Source: Epiperipatus broadwayi (taxonomy: Eukaryota; Animalia; Onychophora). From it: a stretch of 64,000 nucleotides of DNA. The notes beneath the pieces were generated by a model. That model saw nothing but the letters and a program-made list of their open reading frames with translations, searched no databases and was not told the DNA's origin. The first letter of the stretch is position 1. Every line of letters starts with the position of its first letter. This document shows positions 28,720 to 43,300 of this stretch, piece after piece. Made by a program: the position numbers and the translations under genes. The stretch spans positions 15,190,001 through 15,254,000 of the forward strand of contig JAQFVV010000008.1 of NCBI GenBank assembly GCA_028023455.1, written 5' to 3'.

Positions 28720-30300
28720 AACAACAGGCATGATTCGCTACTAATTAGCAGATTAAAAACATAATGGAAAAAAGGGTATAAATAAAGAACTTTTCTTTTG
28801 TTCTAGCTCTTATGCTTGCGGGTAACCTGTGCGGAAGGTCAGAGAGAAATATTAAGAATTTTGTTGGAAGAAATTTTGCTGAAAAATTGGACAATATAGC
28901 GAACTCTTGCTTGCTGTACTAACTTCAAGCTACACTCTATTCTTTCAGCATATAAATAAAAATCCAGAAATGTGTTGCTCTGCAAAAATATGGGGATAAC
29001 CTCTTTGCCTTCGCTCTCCTGAGCCGTTCCTGAGGACGGAGTCGTAACCATGTAAGCCAGCCAGAGAACTAAAGTGACTGCCCTGTATCCGTGAATATCT
29101 GCCCTCAAAAACATGGAAAAACAAATTTGAAGAACCGGGAAACATCTAATGAACTTATCTTGACCCACCCTATCTAGTTACCGGTAACGTTACCATCAAT
29201 TAACAAAAAAAAATCTCTTTGTAATTTACAAATACTCTAGAGTTATGTTTTTATATATATATGGTCTTTTAAAATCTACGTATTCATATCTTGTAAAATG
29301 GTATTTCATTAATTGCTTCTTTTTTTTATATCGTAATGGGTGGGATTATTATATGTATAATGGCGGTGATAGCTTTTATAAATTTAATTGAAAATTACTT
29401 CGTTTAACTTTCCGCCATTATACTCTAGTAATTAAGTTATTTATTTTATATAGATATTTTGGAAGGAAAAGGAAGCAAATCATAGAAAGTGCAAAAACTC
29501 TATTTTTAAAATCAAGATTTAGTTGCTAAATATTTTATTAGAAAACTTTCAATATTTTAATTTGATTTTATATATATATAAAAGAAAGATCCTGTCAAAT
29601 GCCTTTATATTTTAGTCAATGAAGGGTTACAAATTTAAAGTTATATTTTAAAGAGCGTGAAATAAAATGTTTGCATTTATATTTTAGTAATAAGAGAGTA
29701 CATTTTGACAATATGTATTAAAAATTATTAAATAGCATTGGCTCTGTGGTGTGTTGGTTAAACTTCAACTAAATCAATAAAATATCCGCCCTCTTGTTTT
29801 AGTGATCTGAATTTTATAAAGGGAAAGTTACTATTTTCTGCAGATTTTCAGTAATAGTTGAGCGTTCGTAATATATATATGTTTTTGCAGAGGGTTTCTT
29901 TTTAAATTTAAAGGTCGTTGACCGTATTTATATGATATCGTGTCTCGGGTGACCTACTGGGCCACTCAGCATATATTACAGTGCTTCTTTTTGCCAAGTT
30001 CACTTAGGTATTAAAATAAATAAAATGTTCTGGATCTCATGTCGATCTCAGTCCTTTCAATGTACGTAACTGGACCTAAGCAACAAAAACTCCGATCCTG
30101 AATCCGGGTCACGCGTTTAGCGAACGGGTTCCATTTTTCTTTCTAACCTAGTTTAGAGATGGAGAGCTATCAGGTCTTGTGTTAACCTCTTGGTAACTGT
30201 TATGTCTCGAGCCTCACAGTCCACTATATGCTATCGCCTTTGTGCATGGTCTTGTATATTTATATTTATTAGGAAATCTTTCTCAAAATCTCATAGAAAT
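28720..30300. promoter_or_regulatory. CpG-enriched, promoter-like island
   Basis: About three dozen CpGs by eye, in a window where CpG is otherwise rare. Contains the palindrome GTTACCGGTAAC (29177-88) and inverted GCCAT motifs (29355-66 / 29412-23). No transcript evidence. Confidence 0.4.
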
Positions 30301-30849
30301 GTTTCAATTATAGCTGGAAATTCCTGCTGGGGTCACTTTATCATTCTTCTTAAATCATAAGTACGGCTGTGATTTAAACCTGTCCAAAGTGTTTAGTTGA
30401 GTTTGACCCCCTATTTATTTCTATGTTCTCCAACCACAGAGTTAATGAATCATGTCTCTTTCTCTTGATTTCTTTTATATAACACTTCCATTGGCTGGAA
30501 TATTTTAAAGAAGAAATTATAACGTAAAATTTTGTCTGTTCTTATCATTACGATCAATGGATCTTTCATATATGTCTATCCGGTTGCAATGAAAATAGCC
30601 TGCGACACTATTAATAAAGCATTGTATGAATTCTTTTAATGTAAATAATAAAAGTTTCTGTTATCTTTCTTTCACTATAAATACAACCACTTAGTATTGT
30701 TTTCTTTTGTGACATACGTATGTACATCTGATCATTATATATGTACAAATTCCTTTTCGTGGTCTCTTCTCTCCCTGATCACCGGGCATACATTAAGATT
30801 AAATTCTAGAGAGGTTTGGGGAGTAAGTCGCTTAGTAGCAATCTAGAGT

Positions 30850-30912
30850 AGTAGGTGAGGTTCGAACCCCCTCTATCTGCATCTCTAGGTTAGGTTAAAG
30901 CAGCTCTACTTT
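30850..30912 (-). mobile_element. Possible tRNA-derived SINE head relic
   Basis: GGGGTTCGAACCTC T-arm/B-box-like motif with partial GTAG/CTAC end pairing. The A-box is not recognisable. Confidence 0.25.
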
Positions 30913-33789
30913 TCTTACCGTTACAATATAGTTATAGAGTAATAACAATTGATAACATTTATAAATTGTCAAGCTGATTTCTTAATTAAAACAATTAGTG
31001 TATATAGAACAAAACAGGTCAGGGAATCAGGATCTAATGTCTGACAGATACTAGTTACCAACTACTCCAGAAATAGAAACTGAGAAGCGACAGGTATATA
31101 AACAAAAGACAAAAATCTCTTGGAGTCTTTTTGTCCTGTTATGGTGGGTGTGTGTTCAAGAGAACAGAATATTCCAGGTTATCGGTGCCTGTAGGTAATC
31201 CAGCCAACTAGGACCTTAAATAGATCATACTGATCTTTTATTATTTTACAATGCCCAACTGGACTCTTCGCAGATAATAAATAGATGCCTGTCACAAGTA
31301 GCGTGAACTTTACTTATAACTTTATGTAAATTTAGTACTCGGGAGTTGTAATATATTGACATCGCCTAATTTATGTAGTTAGTTCTCCATATGATATTGT
31401 ATATTAGCTATATTATGTATATTAAACTATTATATTTCACAACTGGACTCTGTTTACTAAACCAAGTTAATATTGCTGAACACTCGGCGAAAGCCAGGAC
31501 ACAGCAGTAAAATCTTATCATTATAAAAATACTACAAGGCATTAAACTTGAACCATACCTTAAACTTAAAGTATCTTTTGTTGTTATAATATTTTTGTGT
31601 ATGTGATGATAGTTGTGAGTATGTATATGCAACAGTTTATTTATTATTAATAAATTGATAAATTTTTTTATTATTAATCCATTTAATTAGTGTTTGTAAC
31701 TCAATCCAAATATATGCTTCTTACGCCCATATGCTAGTTAAAATCCATAGCCCTGAGAAATCATGCAATCCACTTGGTAATAATTGATGATTGTTCTTTT
31801 TTAAAAAAAAACTTACAAAATAAACTTACTTTTTATGAGATTTGATGCCTTTGAGGTTCTTTTTATTGAAACTGAAAAATAAAATACTTTTGGAGAGTAT
31901 TTATATTTTTAAATTGTAGATCATCACATATTATACCTTTGAATTAAAATTTTTATTCAAATTTTATTAACTATTCAGTTTAACTTATTTATTTGAACCA
32001 GAGTTTACAGTACACATCTTGAAAAAAAAAACCAAAACAAATTAGGAAATAAAATGTTTTAAGTATCAATCTTTTGAACTCGGTGCTAATCAATGCAGAA
32101 TATTTAAATTTTGTAGAAAGTCAATCTTTAAAAAAAAGACTAATTGAAAAAATTATTTAGGATTACTTTTGTGGAGTTGTGTTCATGAATATACTCTATG
32201 TCTTCATAGTCATATTTTAGCAAAACTAATAACTCAAGTGAAAAAAGCATGATTGCAAAAAAGATGGTAAAATATAATTTAATAGATCTGATCTAATCTT
32301 GTAATAGTTGTATAACCAAAAGACAATAGATATTATCGTTTAAAACAATATCAAATGATAGCTTATTAAATTTTAAATTCATTAAAATTTTAATCATACG
32401 TTGAAGTAAAAATAGTTTTAACCAGTTTTGACAAAACAAATGATACTTATTAAAATAATAAAATATTCACTAAAATGAAATTGGTATGAAAAATAAATCA
32501 CTTAAAAGTATCTAAAATGAAAAATTTAGCATATAAGATAGAATGTAAAGTTATGAAAAAAATGATTTATGTGATGAATGCTAAAAGGCATACATTTTTT
32601 TAAATGAGATTTTGAATTTAAGAGATTTCTACTACAGGAATCATTAAAACTTATAGTTATGAGCTTAATAGAATCATTGTTATGAAATAGACATTATGTT
32701 TTATAGTTTTTGATTTTATGAAGTGTGTTAGTTAATTTTTTAATTTGAAGTTATGTGAATAAAGTGAATATATTGCTAAAGTAAATGAATTTAAAAGTGC
32801 ATAAACAGATGTAAAAATGAAGAATTTAAAACAAATGAAATAATTTGATGCAAAAATATATATTGATTTATTCTGCAATTAAATAATAAAACTGAATTAA
32901 TAAATTTGATATTTTTGGAAAAAGAGCTTTGTCTTTTCATGGACATTAAAAAGAAAAAATGTTATCAGATAACTAATAAATTGCAAGATACTAATTAAAG
33001 TTGTATATCTGTTAATGAAACATCTATAATAACTTGTATTTTAAATTTGTGCTCATGGAAGATAAATCATTAAATAAATTACATGAATATAATAATAATT
33101 TTTTAATGATATGGTATGACTAGTTATAATTAAAATATGAGATACAGAATCAAGAAAATATTCCATAAGATATGTAAAGTTCAATATCATATAGAATCAG
33201 AAATAGTGGTTGTAAAATAAATTTCTTGAAAATAGTGCAGAGATCAGAAAATGTGAAGATAATGAGAAAAGATAAGATGAAGATAAAACATGAAAATCAA
33301 TATTTAATTATAATTTGTAAAGAAGCAATAATTGGAGAAGAAAGATATAATGGTTACAATTAAGATAAAATTATCAAAAAAGTAAATTTAGTTATAGCAA
33401 AAATGTGTCTGATTAAGTTATATGTTTAGTTTTATTATCAGAGCTAAGCATCATTTAGAATGATAATTGCATTAGTAATTTCTAAAAATTATTAAAATTT
33501 AATTATTAAAATTTTATTTTTGTAAAGTAAGATAAAAGGGAAAATCTATAAAAATTTCTGAACAATATTATGTTCCTGGTAAAATTTCTACATTGAATAA
33601 AGCTTGTATATATCATTTAGTACAAGAAATTTTTTGAGCCTATGAAGAGTAAAGAGTTCACTTTGGATTTGGTAAGATTTTTAAAAACAATTTGATGAGT
33701 TATTGTATCTTTGAAAATTTGAGTAATAATTGTTTTTAAAATGGAAAATAAAAGAAAAACTGCTATCATTTGGAATGTTATTGTAATGA

Positions 33790-34305
33790 AATACTGTATG
33801 GAAAATTTTGCCTGTTTTAATAACAGTTATAAGCAAGCATAAGAAATAGTGATCATGTGATGTTTATTGGCTTAAAACCAATCCTGCCTAATAGGATAGT
33901 GGTGGCTATGGTTATTAAAGATACCAAAATGTATAGGTACTGAACTGAGATCAGACCTATATGACTATATAAGCTAATGAGCTTGGATTGAAAATATTGT
34001 GCTTTCAATTTAAGACTCATAGTTTTGTAGTTAAGTAGAGATAAAAGGTGGCTGCTGAAGGGTTGCATTAGATCCTAAAATATAGGTGCAGTACTCTCAG
34101 ATCCAAGGCTCCTCACTGACAAAGGCCACAAGCCAGAAACTAGTCTGGGGATATTGAATGAGTAGGCACTAGGTAGGGATTTTATGCACAAGCCTTCTGG
34201 CGTCCATTGATTGCACTGAGTGGCAATACTGTATGGAGAGTTTTGCCTGTTTAAATAACAGTTATAAGCAAGCATTAAGAAATGTTGATCATGTGATGTT
34301 TATTG
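33790..34305 (+). mobile_element. Penelope-like element 3' remnant with a partial tandem (pLTR-type) direct repeat and an HHR relic
   Basis: ~80-bp direct repeats at 33790-33869 and 34225-34305, an HHR motif at 34110-34151, and homology to the 45-kb foldback. The Penelope assignment is inferred from this architecture. Confidence 0.55.
34110..34151 (+). ncRNA. Minimal type I hammerhead ribozyme relic (Penelope type)
   Basis: TCCTCA-CTGACAA-A-GGC-CACAA-GCC-A-GAAA-CTAG-TC-TGGGGA: 6-bp stem I (one G-U), 3-bp stem II, palindromic CTAG loop and a GUC site. The core has G8>A (consistent with CpG decay) and an extra A before GAAA. Confidence 0.75.
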
Positions 34306-37300
34306 TAATGAGATTAGATATAAAATAGTTATATTGAGTCAATCTTTGAAAATGAAACATTGATTTTATAAACACTTTAAGTGAAACGGTAATTTATTTA
34401 TTTTTTAAATTTCCCTGGAGATAAGTTAATTATATTTCATCACAAAATATATAGTTGTAGGAAATATTTGTAAAAAAAAAAAGAAGTCTGATGCAAGATC
34501 TCGTGAGTGTTTAAAGAAGACAGTTTTAAAAACTGATAAAATACAGTGTAATTGATAAGAACTGGAATTGTTAGTAAGTGTGGGAAACATATTCATATTA
34601 AATATTATATATATAAAAGGATAATAATGAAATAAAGATTGGGTTTTATTCGATATATCAGATGGCAGATCTGTTTTCAAAACGAGTAAAATAAAATTAT
34701 TTTTTTTAATCAATGCTAATTATGTAATAGATATCTGTTAGTTTTAAATTTGAGGACAGATGGGGGGGGGGGGTCGGCTTGCAATATATTTCATGAGATA
34801 TTTGAGAGTTGAATATTTAATGATATTTTGATCAGTAAAGCGATATAAAAATAAGTGGTGCGTTAAAAAAATGATATGTAAAGAAGTAAGTGATAATATT
34901 CTTTAATAATACAGATAAAATTGTAAAAAGTAAAGAACAAGAATCAACTGTAGTATATATATAATGATATATTTTATAATTCAAATATTTTTGTAAAGTA
35001 TACATTAAAATTAGATATAAGAACCAAAACAATATTTTTGAGAAAGAAATGTAAAAAAAAAATTGAATTATTTGTTATATATGTTTTAAAAAGAAGTTCT
35101 AATATATTGGTTAATGTTATAGTTATGGATTTAAGTATAAAAAAATATACCAGTAATTATTTTTAAAAATTATTTTAATAATAAGTTAATAAATGTTTAA
35201 ACATTTAAACAAAAAAGGCTTACATTGGTTTAAATCTTTTTATTCTAGTTAAGCGCTTTCAGATACTTCGAGTATCACAATCATAGCTAAAATTTGATGT
35301 TATCTGTATCTGTTTATTGTTTATCAGATTTGCTTAAAATTAAATTTATTTTATCCAAATATATGTAAATGTTAGAGAAACCATTTTTTTTTAGATAAAG
35401 TGATGCTAACTTCTTTTTTATTTCATGTATACTTGTCTTTGGCTATAGTCCGTGCCTCCTTAAAGTTTCTTTTTCTGTCATTTTTCTTAGTACCTCCAAT
35501 ATCTGCCTTAGAGAGATCATACTCATGGCCTGACTGCAGCTCATGTCCAACAATATTAAAGATTATCCATTGCTTCTTTTTGCCCTGTTATATAAGTAAT
35601 TGTGTTATGCCAGTTATGAGGAAAGGTTTTCCCTTCATTTTGGTATAAAATGAAACATGGTTAAATTGTTAACAAGAAAAAGTTCTTATATCCAAATGTG
35701 ATGCAATACACATAAACTAAATAAATATAAGAATAAGATATTTTTAATATTTACATTCGAGATGGGAAGGATTTTTTAAAAAAATATGTAATAAAAACTT
35801 GTTACACTTCTTCATTTTAAAATCAATTTCATACAATTATTAATAATATATGTAAAATCTTTGGGCAAAATGCTATCAAAAATAACCACTGGCACATAAC
35901 TTTTAATACAATCTTTATTCAAGCAAATTTCAAATTTTCGTAAAACTTGGTAATCTTTGAAAAAAAAACTTTCTTTTGGAAAGATGCATTTAATATTGTC
36001 AATATATATCAATCATTTTAATAAATTTGTACTTTAGTTGGCAGAAAATCTTATAAACTTGAGCATTTTAGTAATGCATTTGTCTTGAAATATCTCGTGC
36101 ATGGATTATGTATAATATAATTTTATGATTTTTAAAAGAATTGTTAAATAAGTAAAAATACTTTTTAAACCACTTAGGTATAGTAAAACTGCAAAAAAAA
36201 AAACTTCATTGTTGATTATAATAATGATACCGGCAAGAAAATTAAGGCAATCTTTAATAAATGAAAAATCAATTCTAAAAATGTTTTCTCTTAATGCTTG
36301 ACAATACTGTATTATAATGTCATTGGAAACAAATCATGAGAATTGGCAAACTAATAAAAAAAAAATTTAACAAAAACTTAGCCAATGGACAAGAAAATAA
36401 ATCATACTGGTAGATCTTTTGCAACTTGAAAAGAGAAGCAACCTCCAAAATTTTGTTAAGACTTGATTACTATTGAAGAAATGCATTGAATACTATTTCA
36501 ATCTAAAATTAATTATTAATATTTTTGGAAGATTTGATAACTTTGGGAAAAAAGCATTCAATACTATCAAAGATCAATAGAACTTTTTATATAGAATTCC
36601 TTTTCATGTGGCTTGTACACACATTATCTTTTGTTAGATATATATATATATCATATTTGTTGTAGCTACTGGTTATTATTTAGATCACTTTATTAAAGGC
36701 AGAATAAAGAAGTGACTAAAAGATATGAAATAAGATCCAAATTTATAGTGATTGAAAGAATAATGCACATAATAATGTAATATATCAAATATTTGTTATT
36801 CTACTGGAAAATGTATTTATAGTTATTCAAATTAAGTGAGTTATTTGCTGGTGTCCTTAAAATTTCAAAATCAATTTTTTTTTAAAGATTAAAATTACTA
36901 CCAAAGAAAATAGTGGGTGATTTAATTTATATAATAGTTCTTTAGATAAACTTCTATAGAAACTGCCTTTTAAAAAAAATAGGCAAGCTATTTCAGATAC
37001 TCTCGGCACAAAAACTTGCTGAAGCAATTATAGACGATTCCCTATATTTTAGTCCAAAATTATATTTTAGGCTTAATTTTGCTATCACATTAAAAAATAC
37101 AATAATAATTATAGATTAATATTTTCTGCAAATTATGTTCTAAGATACTAATATGCTTTTATCCTGAATTTTTATATTTTAATATCATAATTCATTGACA
37201 ATTTATTTTGATAACATTGTAAAGTGATTTAAATATTATTCAAGATTGTTTATCCTTATTGATAGTTTGTTCTTATGATCAGTAGGATATTAAAATATTA

Positions 37301-40300
37301 TATGGTTTACTGTGCTTACATATGCATTCAAGAATAGTTATTTTCATTATTCTCTAAAGCAATCTATCAATGAGCACTAAATGGTAGTCTTTTTGTATCC
37401 ATTTCTGACTTATGGCCCTAATGCTGAACTTAATGCACTTACTCATCTAGAAGCCATTTATATTATCAAGATAATCTGAATTAAAGTTTTGAATGTAATA
37501 TCACTTGCTTATATAATGTATAGATATGACAATTAGCCAATAGACCTATTTTAATAATTACTGAAAACTAGGTATAATAATTCTTTGGCTAAGATGGTTG
37601 GTAATCCATTTTACAATAGATTATTCTGCAGTTGAGTGAACTGTCTTGAAATCATCAGTATCCCATATATTGTGAACTATATCATATAATCTTATAGCAT
37701 AATAATATAAAGATGATTTAAATTTTTGATATTTCAGATCAGCGGAGGAATGTTCGATTAATTTTTAGAAATTTTAACTGGAGTATTTGTGACTGTCCAG
37801 TATTCTAATGAGAAATAATACTTGTTAGAAAACAGTCAAATTTAATTTCAATTGCAACAAAAATGACTAAATTAAGTTATACCACTAATAATAGAAATAA
37901 TTTCCTAACCCAACTATTGTTCTTTTTTAATGGACAAGTCTTTCTAATTAATGTTTTTTATTTCACTTTTCAGATAAGGAAAATAAACTTTTCTGGAAGT
38001 ATATGATAACACTTTTGTATATGTAATTAAACATCTTGATGTAGTGTATGTTAAAATTTATGATTTAGTTTTAAATTGAAATGCTAGAATAAATTATGTT
38101 GGTTGTTTAATGGCTGGTAAACAACAGCAATCACTGTCATAGAACTCTGTTACCTAATTAACCCAAGCTGCCTTCAACAGGGAATTTAACATATGTCATT
38201 ATAATATCACTTTATTTTGCATAAATATTTGCAATAGATTCTGAATATTTATAACAAATATATCTAATCCATTTGCACAATTAAATATTTTATTTTTTCA
38301 AATATATGTTAGATACTTTACTAATCAGTATTAAACTTAGTTATTTTATAATTTATTTTATTAAATATATGCAGTAACTTATTTATAAAAATTTAATAAG
38401 TGCAGCCATGTAAGCTTTTTGGATCTCGGAATTTCATTTTTTGTCCTTATCATTATTTTAAACTTTTTGAAATGCTTAATTTTTTTTTAATGGTATGTTT
38501 ACTTATTTAATCACCATTTTTACAGATGATTGCTGGCAATTTAATCAGTTTAAATATAAGGTTTCTGTGAAGAGTCATAGTAATTAATTTTTATGTCTGA
38601 TATAATGATTATATATTGAAAATAGAAGTTAGATCAAGCACGATATCAATTCTATTGAACCAACTGTCCAAGGCTTAAAATTTCCATTCGTTTCATTTAA
38701 TTTTGTAGTTATTTCTGAAGCCAAGCAATATTCATATATCAATTTTTGTAGTAAAATGTTTACAACAATTTTTTTTTTATTCATTGCTATATTTACAGCA
38801 TTTTATTTTAAAATATTAAGCAATAAATATCAGGGTAATATTCAATAATAATAGTGTTGAAAAAGCAATAGTGAGGACTAATTAATCAGGCTCATTTAGA
38901 ACTGGATTTGGAACAGGAGCTTTAATTGGAAAATTATTGTATTTTTTGAAAAGATCTAATGTGGAAATATCTAGAAAAGATGGTCTTAAAATAGCCTGTC
39001 TTACAATATCTGGCTGGATTATCATGTCTGGTGCATAATTTAAACAATATAAATAGTTATTATAAATGAATATTGTCCACAAAACAGAAAGATGTAACGG
39101 TAATAATAAAGTAAGTATTTTTTTTTTTCTAAATACAGATACCTGGAATGTGTGAATGTTACTAAATATGAATTCTTCAGGATCTAAATATTAAATAGCT
39201 TTCTTAGTCAAGTTGTAAGATTGATATAATTATTCTTAATGCCTTAGGAGGGAAATCTAATTGGGCAGACTAATAATTACAAGTATTTTTTTGAAAAAAA
39301 AAAATGGAGACTATGGTTTTGATTAGCAGAGAGATATATCATCTTTACAAAAATACCTATACTTTTATCAGTATGTGTTCTTTAACGTTAAATTCAGAAA
39401 ATAATAAAACTCAATGCTATCAATAGTTTTTTTTTTCTTTGTGGAATTTTTGATGCATGTCTTTGTTCAAACACTGTTAATGAAAATAATGATATTGTTT
39501 ACTAATTCAAATAGTCTATCATTATCGAAGTTTTGCCTAACGTTAATTACAATGAGTACTTTGTTTAGGCAGAAAAGTCAAAGAAATTTGATATATCCAA
39601 TTTCAATCCTTAAAATAATATATTATAATTAGGAATTGAACTGTAAAACAAATTAATTTGCATATACTTTAAGATTAAAGTTTCATCAAAAATACTTTCT
39701 ACTCCAAACATATTAGGAAACTTGATGTTTATTCTTAAGAAGAAGACTGTTTATGCTAAATTTAAATAACTGAAGCAGTAATGATACTCAGATTTACATG
39801 AATGTATTACAAAAGTATGCATTTTCTAAAGAGTTGTTATGAATATGATTAAAAAGAAATATTGTTAGTGATTGTATTATTAGTGACTATATTAAAATAA
39901 AATACGGCATTTTCTGCTTAACAGAATAATAAAGAATTTGAAATGCCATAACTAATGTAGGGATTTAACAGCAAAAGTTCAATGATTACAAAAGTGAATT
40001 AAAACTGTAAAGAAGATATGTTTTTGTTAGTCACTTTAAATATTTTAATAGGATTATAAACATTAAAAACTATTATTCCATTAAATTTGTATATTTCACT
40101 ATTTTATATGATAGTTAAGATATTTTGAACTAATGGAAAATGTATTTTGAATCTTTTTAATAATACAAAAATTTAGATGACTTCTTTTAGTAATATTTTC
40201 ATCCTACCTGCTTGTTAGTTTTGGACAAAGATGTCCTGCTTAACTTTGTAAGCTTTACATTGGTAGAGCTATGTTAGCTGAAATTTTTAAGAATATATAG

Positions 40301-43300
40301 ATTTATTATGTTGAGTCATTTGAACTTAAATATGTTTCTAGTGCTCCAATTTATAAAATAAATTGAAGATAAAATACTGCAATAATTAGCATGAAATATA
40401 CTTATTATCAACACGGCAAAAATGTTTTCCAGAATTGTATTCAAATAGATTTTTTTCAATAATAATGATTGTTAATAAAAACATGATCTTGAGAATCAAA
40501 AAGCAATTTAACATAATCTTTGTTATCTGACAAATGTAAGAAAAATATAATGAATAAATGTATGATATATTTGCTGTTTTTATCAATTTGTTTAAGGTTT
40601 TTCATTTCTTCAGGATTCATCTATGTTAATAATGTTTTTCACCAAAAGTCTCATACATTTTTCTCTTTTATATTTCACTATCCATAATATTCGTCTCTGA
40701 CAGTATCCTTCCCTCTGTCTCCTAATCAATTATCATCCATGAATTCTGTTTTTAATCATCCTTCAACTATACCATCTTCATTTCCTTTTTACAATGACTT
40801 AGAAATTTATTTACTTTTACTCAAAAGTCTTTATCTGAATTCTTGATTTGTTTTTTTCTCCTGTCTTGATATAGCTAATATCCCTTGATAATCCATTTGT
40901 TGCCCACAAAATCTACCTGTATACTCATCTCTTTTTTGCATCTTTAACTTTGGTTAATCCTGGAATTTGAATTTCGGGAGAATACACATAATATTCTACT
41001 TCAGGAATATCGATATCACTATAATGTGTGAGCATGTGATAAATTGAGAACTGAATATAGAAAAAACACAAACAACAGTCTTTAATTTAAAATCATATAT
41101 TTAACAAATTTATTTATAACAATTTAGGCAATGAAATTATAACAAAAATAAATAATTTATTTATATATTGATACGGGTTAATATCATTAACCCACACCCT
41201 ATTTCCTTTCAGAGAATAATCATCCAATATCAATACTAACAAAAAAATTACATTTTAACTTGTTATTTATGTTTATACTCGCTTGCTAATTTAAACTTTA
41301 TCAAAATCATAATTCATTATCTCTAATAAGTTTATTGATGAGTTCATACCAATAACATGGTGGTAGTATGGGATCCCTCTTTCTATTACAGTTTATCTCT
41401 ACAAAGATAGGAAAGACCATTCACACGAGATTATTAATAATATATAATGAAAATAAATAAATGAAATGATTAGTAATAACAAACAAATAAAAGTGTTACT
41501 GTACAAGTATTGGCATTAAATGTATAATAAGGTAAAATCTTATCTCTCCCCTAATGATGATTAAATTCATCTGCAAGCAAGTTCATGCCTGAACCTATAT
41601 TTTATTTCAATTTAAAATTAAAGCTAATAATTATTTCCCTTCTCTAATATATCAAGAGTTTACACCCCCCTTCAATCTATAGTAAAGGAAAGAAATAAAA
41701 TATTGATACATAAAATAAAAATATAGCATCAACCTAAGATCAATTAAGAGTCCAAGAAGAAAATGTCCTCTTTGATCCATTTCATGTTTCTGTTGATGGG
41801 GTTTGAGTGTTCTAGAATGCATATGATGGTGATTAGAATTTCTCTCTTTGTATGGCCTGCTTTGAGGTGTTGAGTTTGCAGTTTCACATCTAAATAGTAA
41901 AGTTGATGGTGTTTGCAGCATAGATGAATAGATGCTATGTCAAATTAAATTTGGTTTGGTGCATACAGCTCCATGGGCAATGACTGTTCTTTCCTCGATA
42001 TAATTTCATACTTAGCAATGCATGGTTGTATGTATTTTTAAATATGTAATTGATAAAAGTTATTGAGTTTGTTGAGAAGCAAGATATTTGCTGTTAGAAT
42101 ATCAAGTTAAAATTGATCTACTCTCTGACTCCAACTAGAAAATATTATTGGAATATTGAATAGTTTAAAGCTGTTTTAGGGATTTATAATTCAAAAATCC
42201 TATAGTTGGCTGGGCTTAAATTCATACACCTTTAATCTAGCTTTAATTCATCTCCACTGAGATATTCTCATTAACGTTTTACTTTGATGGTGGCTGATTT
42301 CCCTGTTTCAATCGCAAGTTCGATTTTTCTATTCACAAAATGTACATGTTGGTTAGCCAATAAGAGTTTTTGATCTGATTTTTGGGAAGAAGATCATTTG
42401 TTTATATATTTTTCTAATCATCAAAATGAGGTTCTATTTAATGTGAATTTGATGGTTTCAAATAGCAGGTTCGTGTTCATGCATTGGATTAATTATTTAT
42501 GTCACTTGTTATCATATATATATATATATGATGGATTAATAACAAAAAATTTATTTATTATATCTTTCCTTTTAAGTTTTTTTATTTATAGCTTGCATCT
42601 AAACTTGATCATTCTTCCCTTGCATTGTTGTAATCTATGTAAATTACACAACAAATTGATGAGAGATTTTTAACAAAAATAAGTATTAGTGTCTAAGTTT
42701 TATAGTTTAGTTTAGATAATGCATTTATCATACGTTTATTAAATGTTTAATTATAAAAAAATGTAAATGTTTAATTATGAAAAAAATTAATTGCTTCTCA
42801 GTTACAGTGCTTGTGACTAATTTCATCTTTTGGCAATAAGTTTTATTTGATTTGCATTTTCATTATACATATACCTTGCTTTCTATTATGTGTAGAGAAT
42901 GTTATTGTGGGTCTTGGGTTTGAATTAGGTAAGGATGCTTTTAATAGTTTTGGAGAGATGTAAGACCACATCTTACAATATATATATATTATAATGAAGA
43001 TTTTTATGGTTATATGATGAAGTTAAAATTTCTTTGGATCTTACTATGTATTAGTTTTTTGTTTAAATTGCTGATGTTTCTATGAAATCACAATTATTCT
43101 TGTCAAAGCTAAAGCTAGAATGAAGAATTGTTTTGTCTCAAATAATGATGAGATTATGATTGTCTGTGAATTAAAAGAATTTTCTTTTATATATAATAGA
43201 TAATTGCCTATTCAAAATAGGAGGTGGATTAACAAAAAATTTCTTACTTCCATTTTATAGTCAACTGATTTATTAAAATTGATTTTAAAATAAGAAAAAG

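Noticed and set aside
34762-34773. G12 homopolymer
   Set aside because: An isolated simple repeat with no supporting context.
35424-35584. Minus-strand exon-like frame GKKKQWIIFNIVGHELQSG...
   Set aside because: An alternative frame (AMSMISLRQILEV...ETLRRHG) resembles an RTE/L2 C-terminus, so it is more likely a LINE relic.
38882-39082. Open frames on both strands (PDIVRQAILRPSFLD... on minus; SGSFRTGFGTGALIGKLL... on plus) as a host exon
   Set aside because: The two frames share the wobble position, so they cannot be discriminated. The plus frame resembles a LINE RT 'GFR.G.GT' relic, and there is no consistent exon chain.
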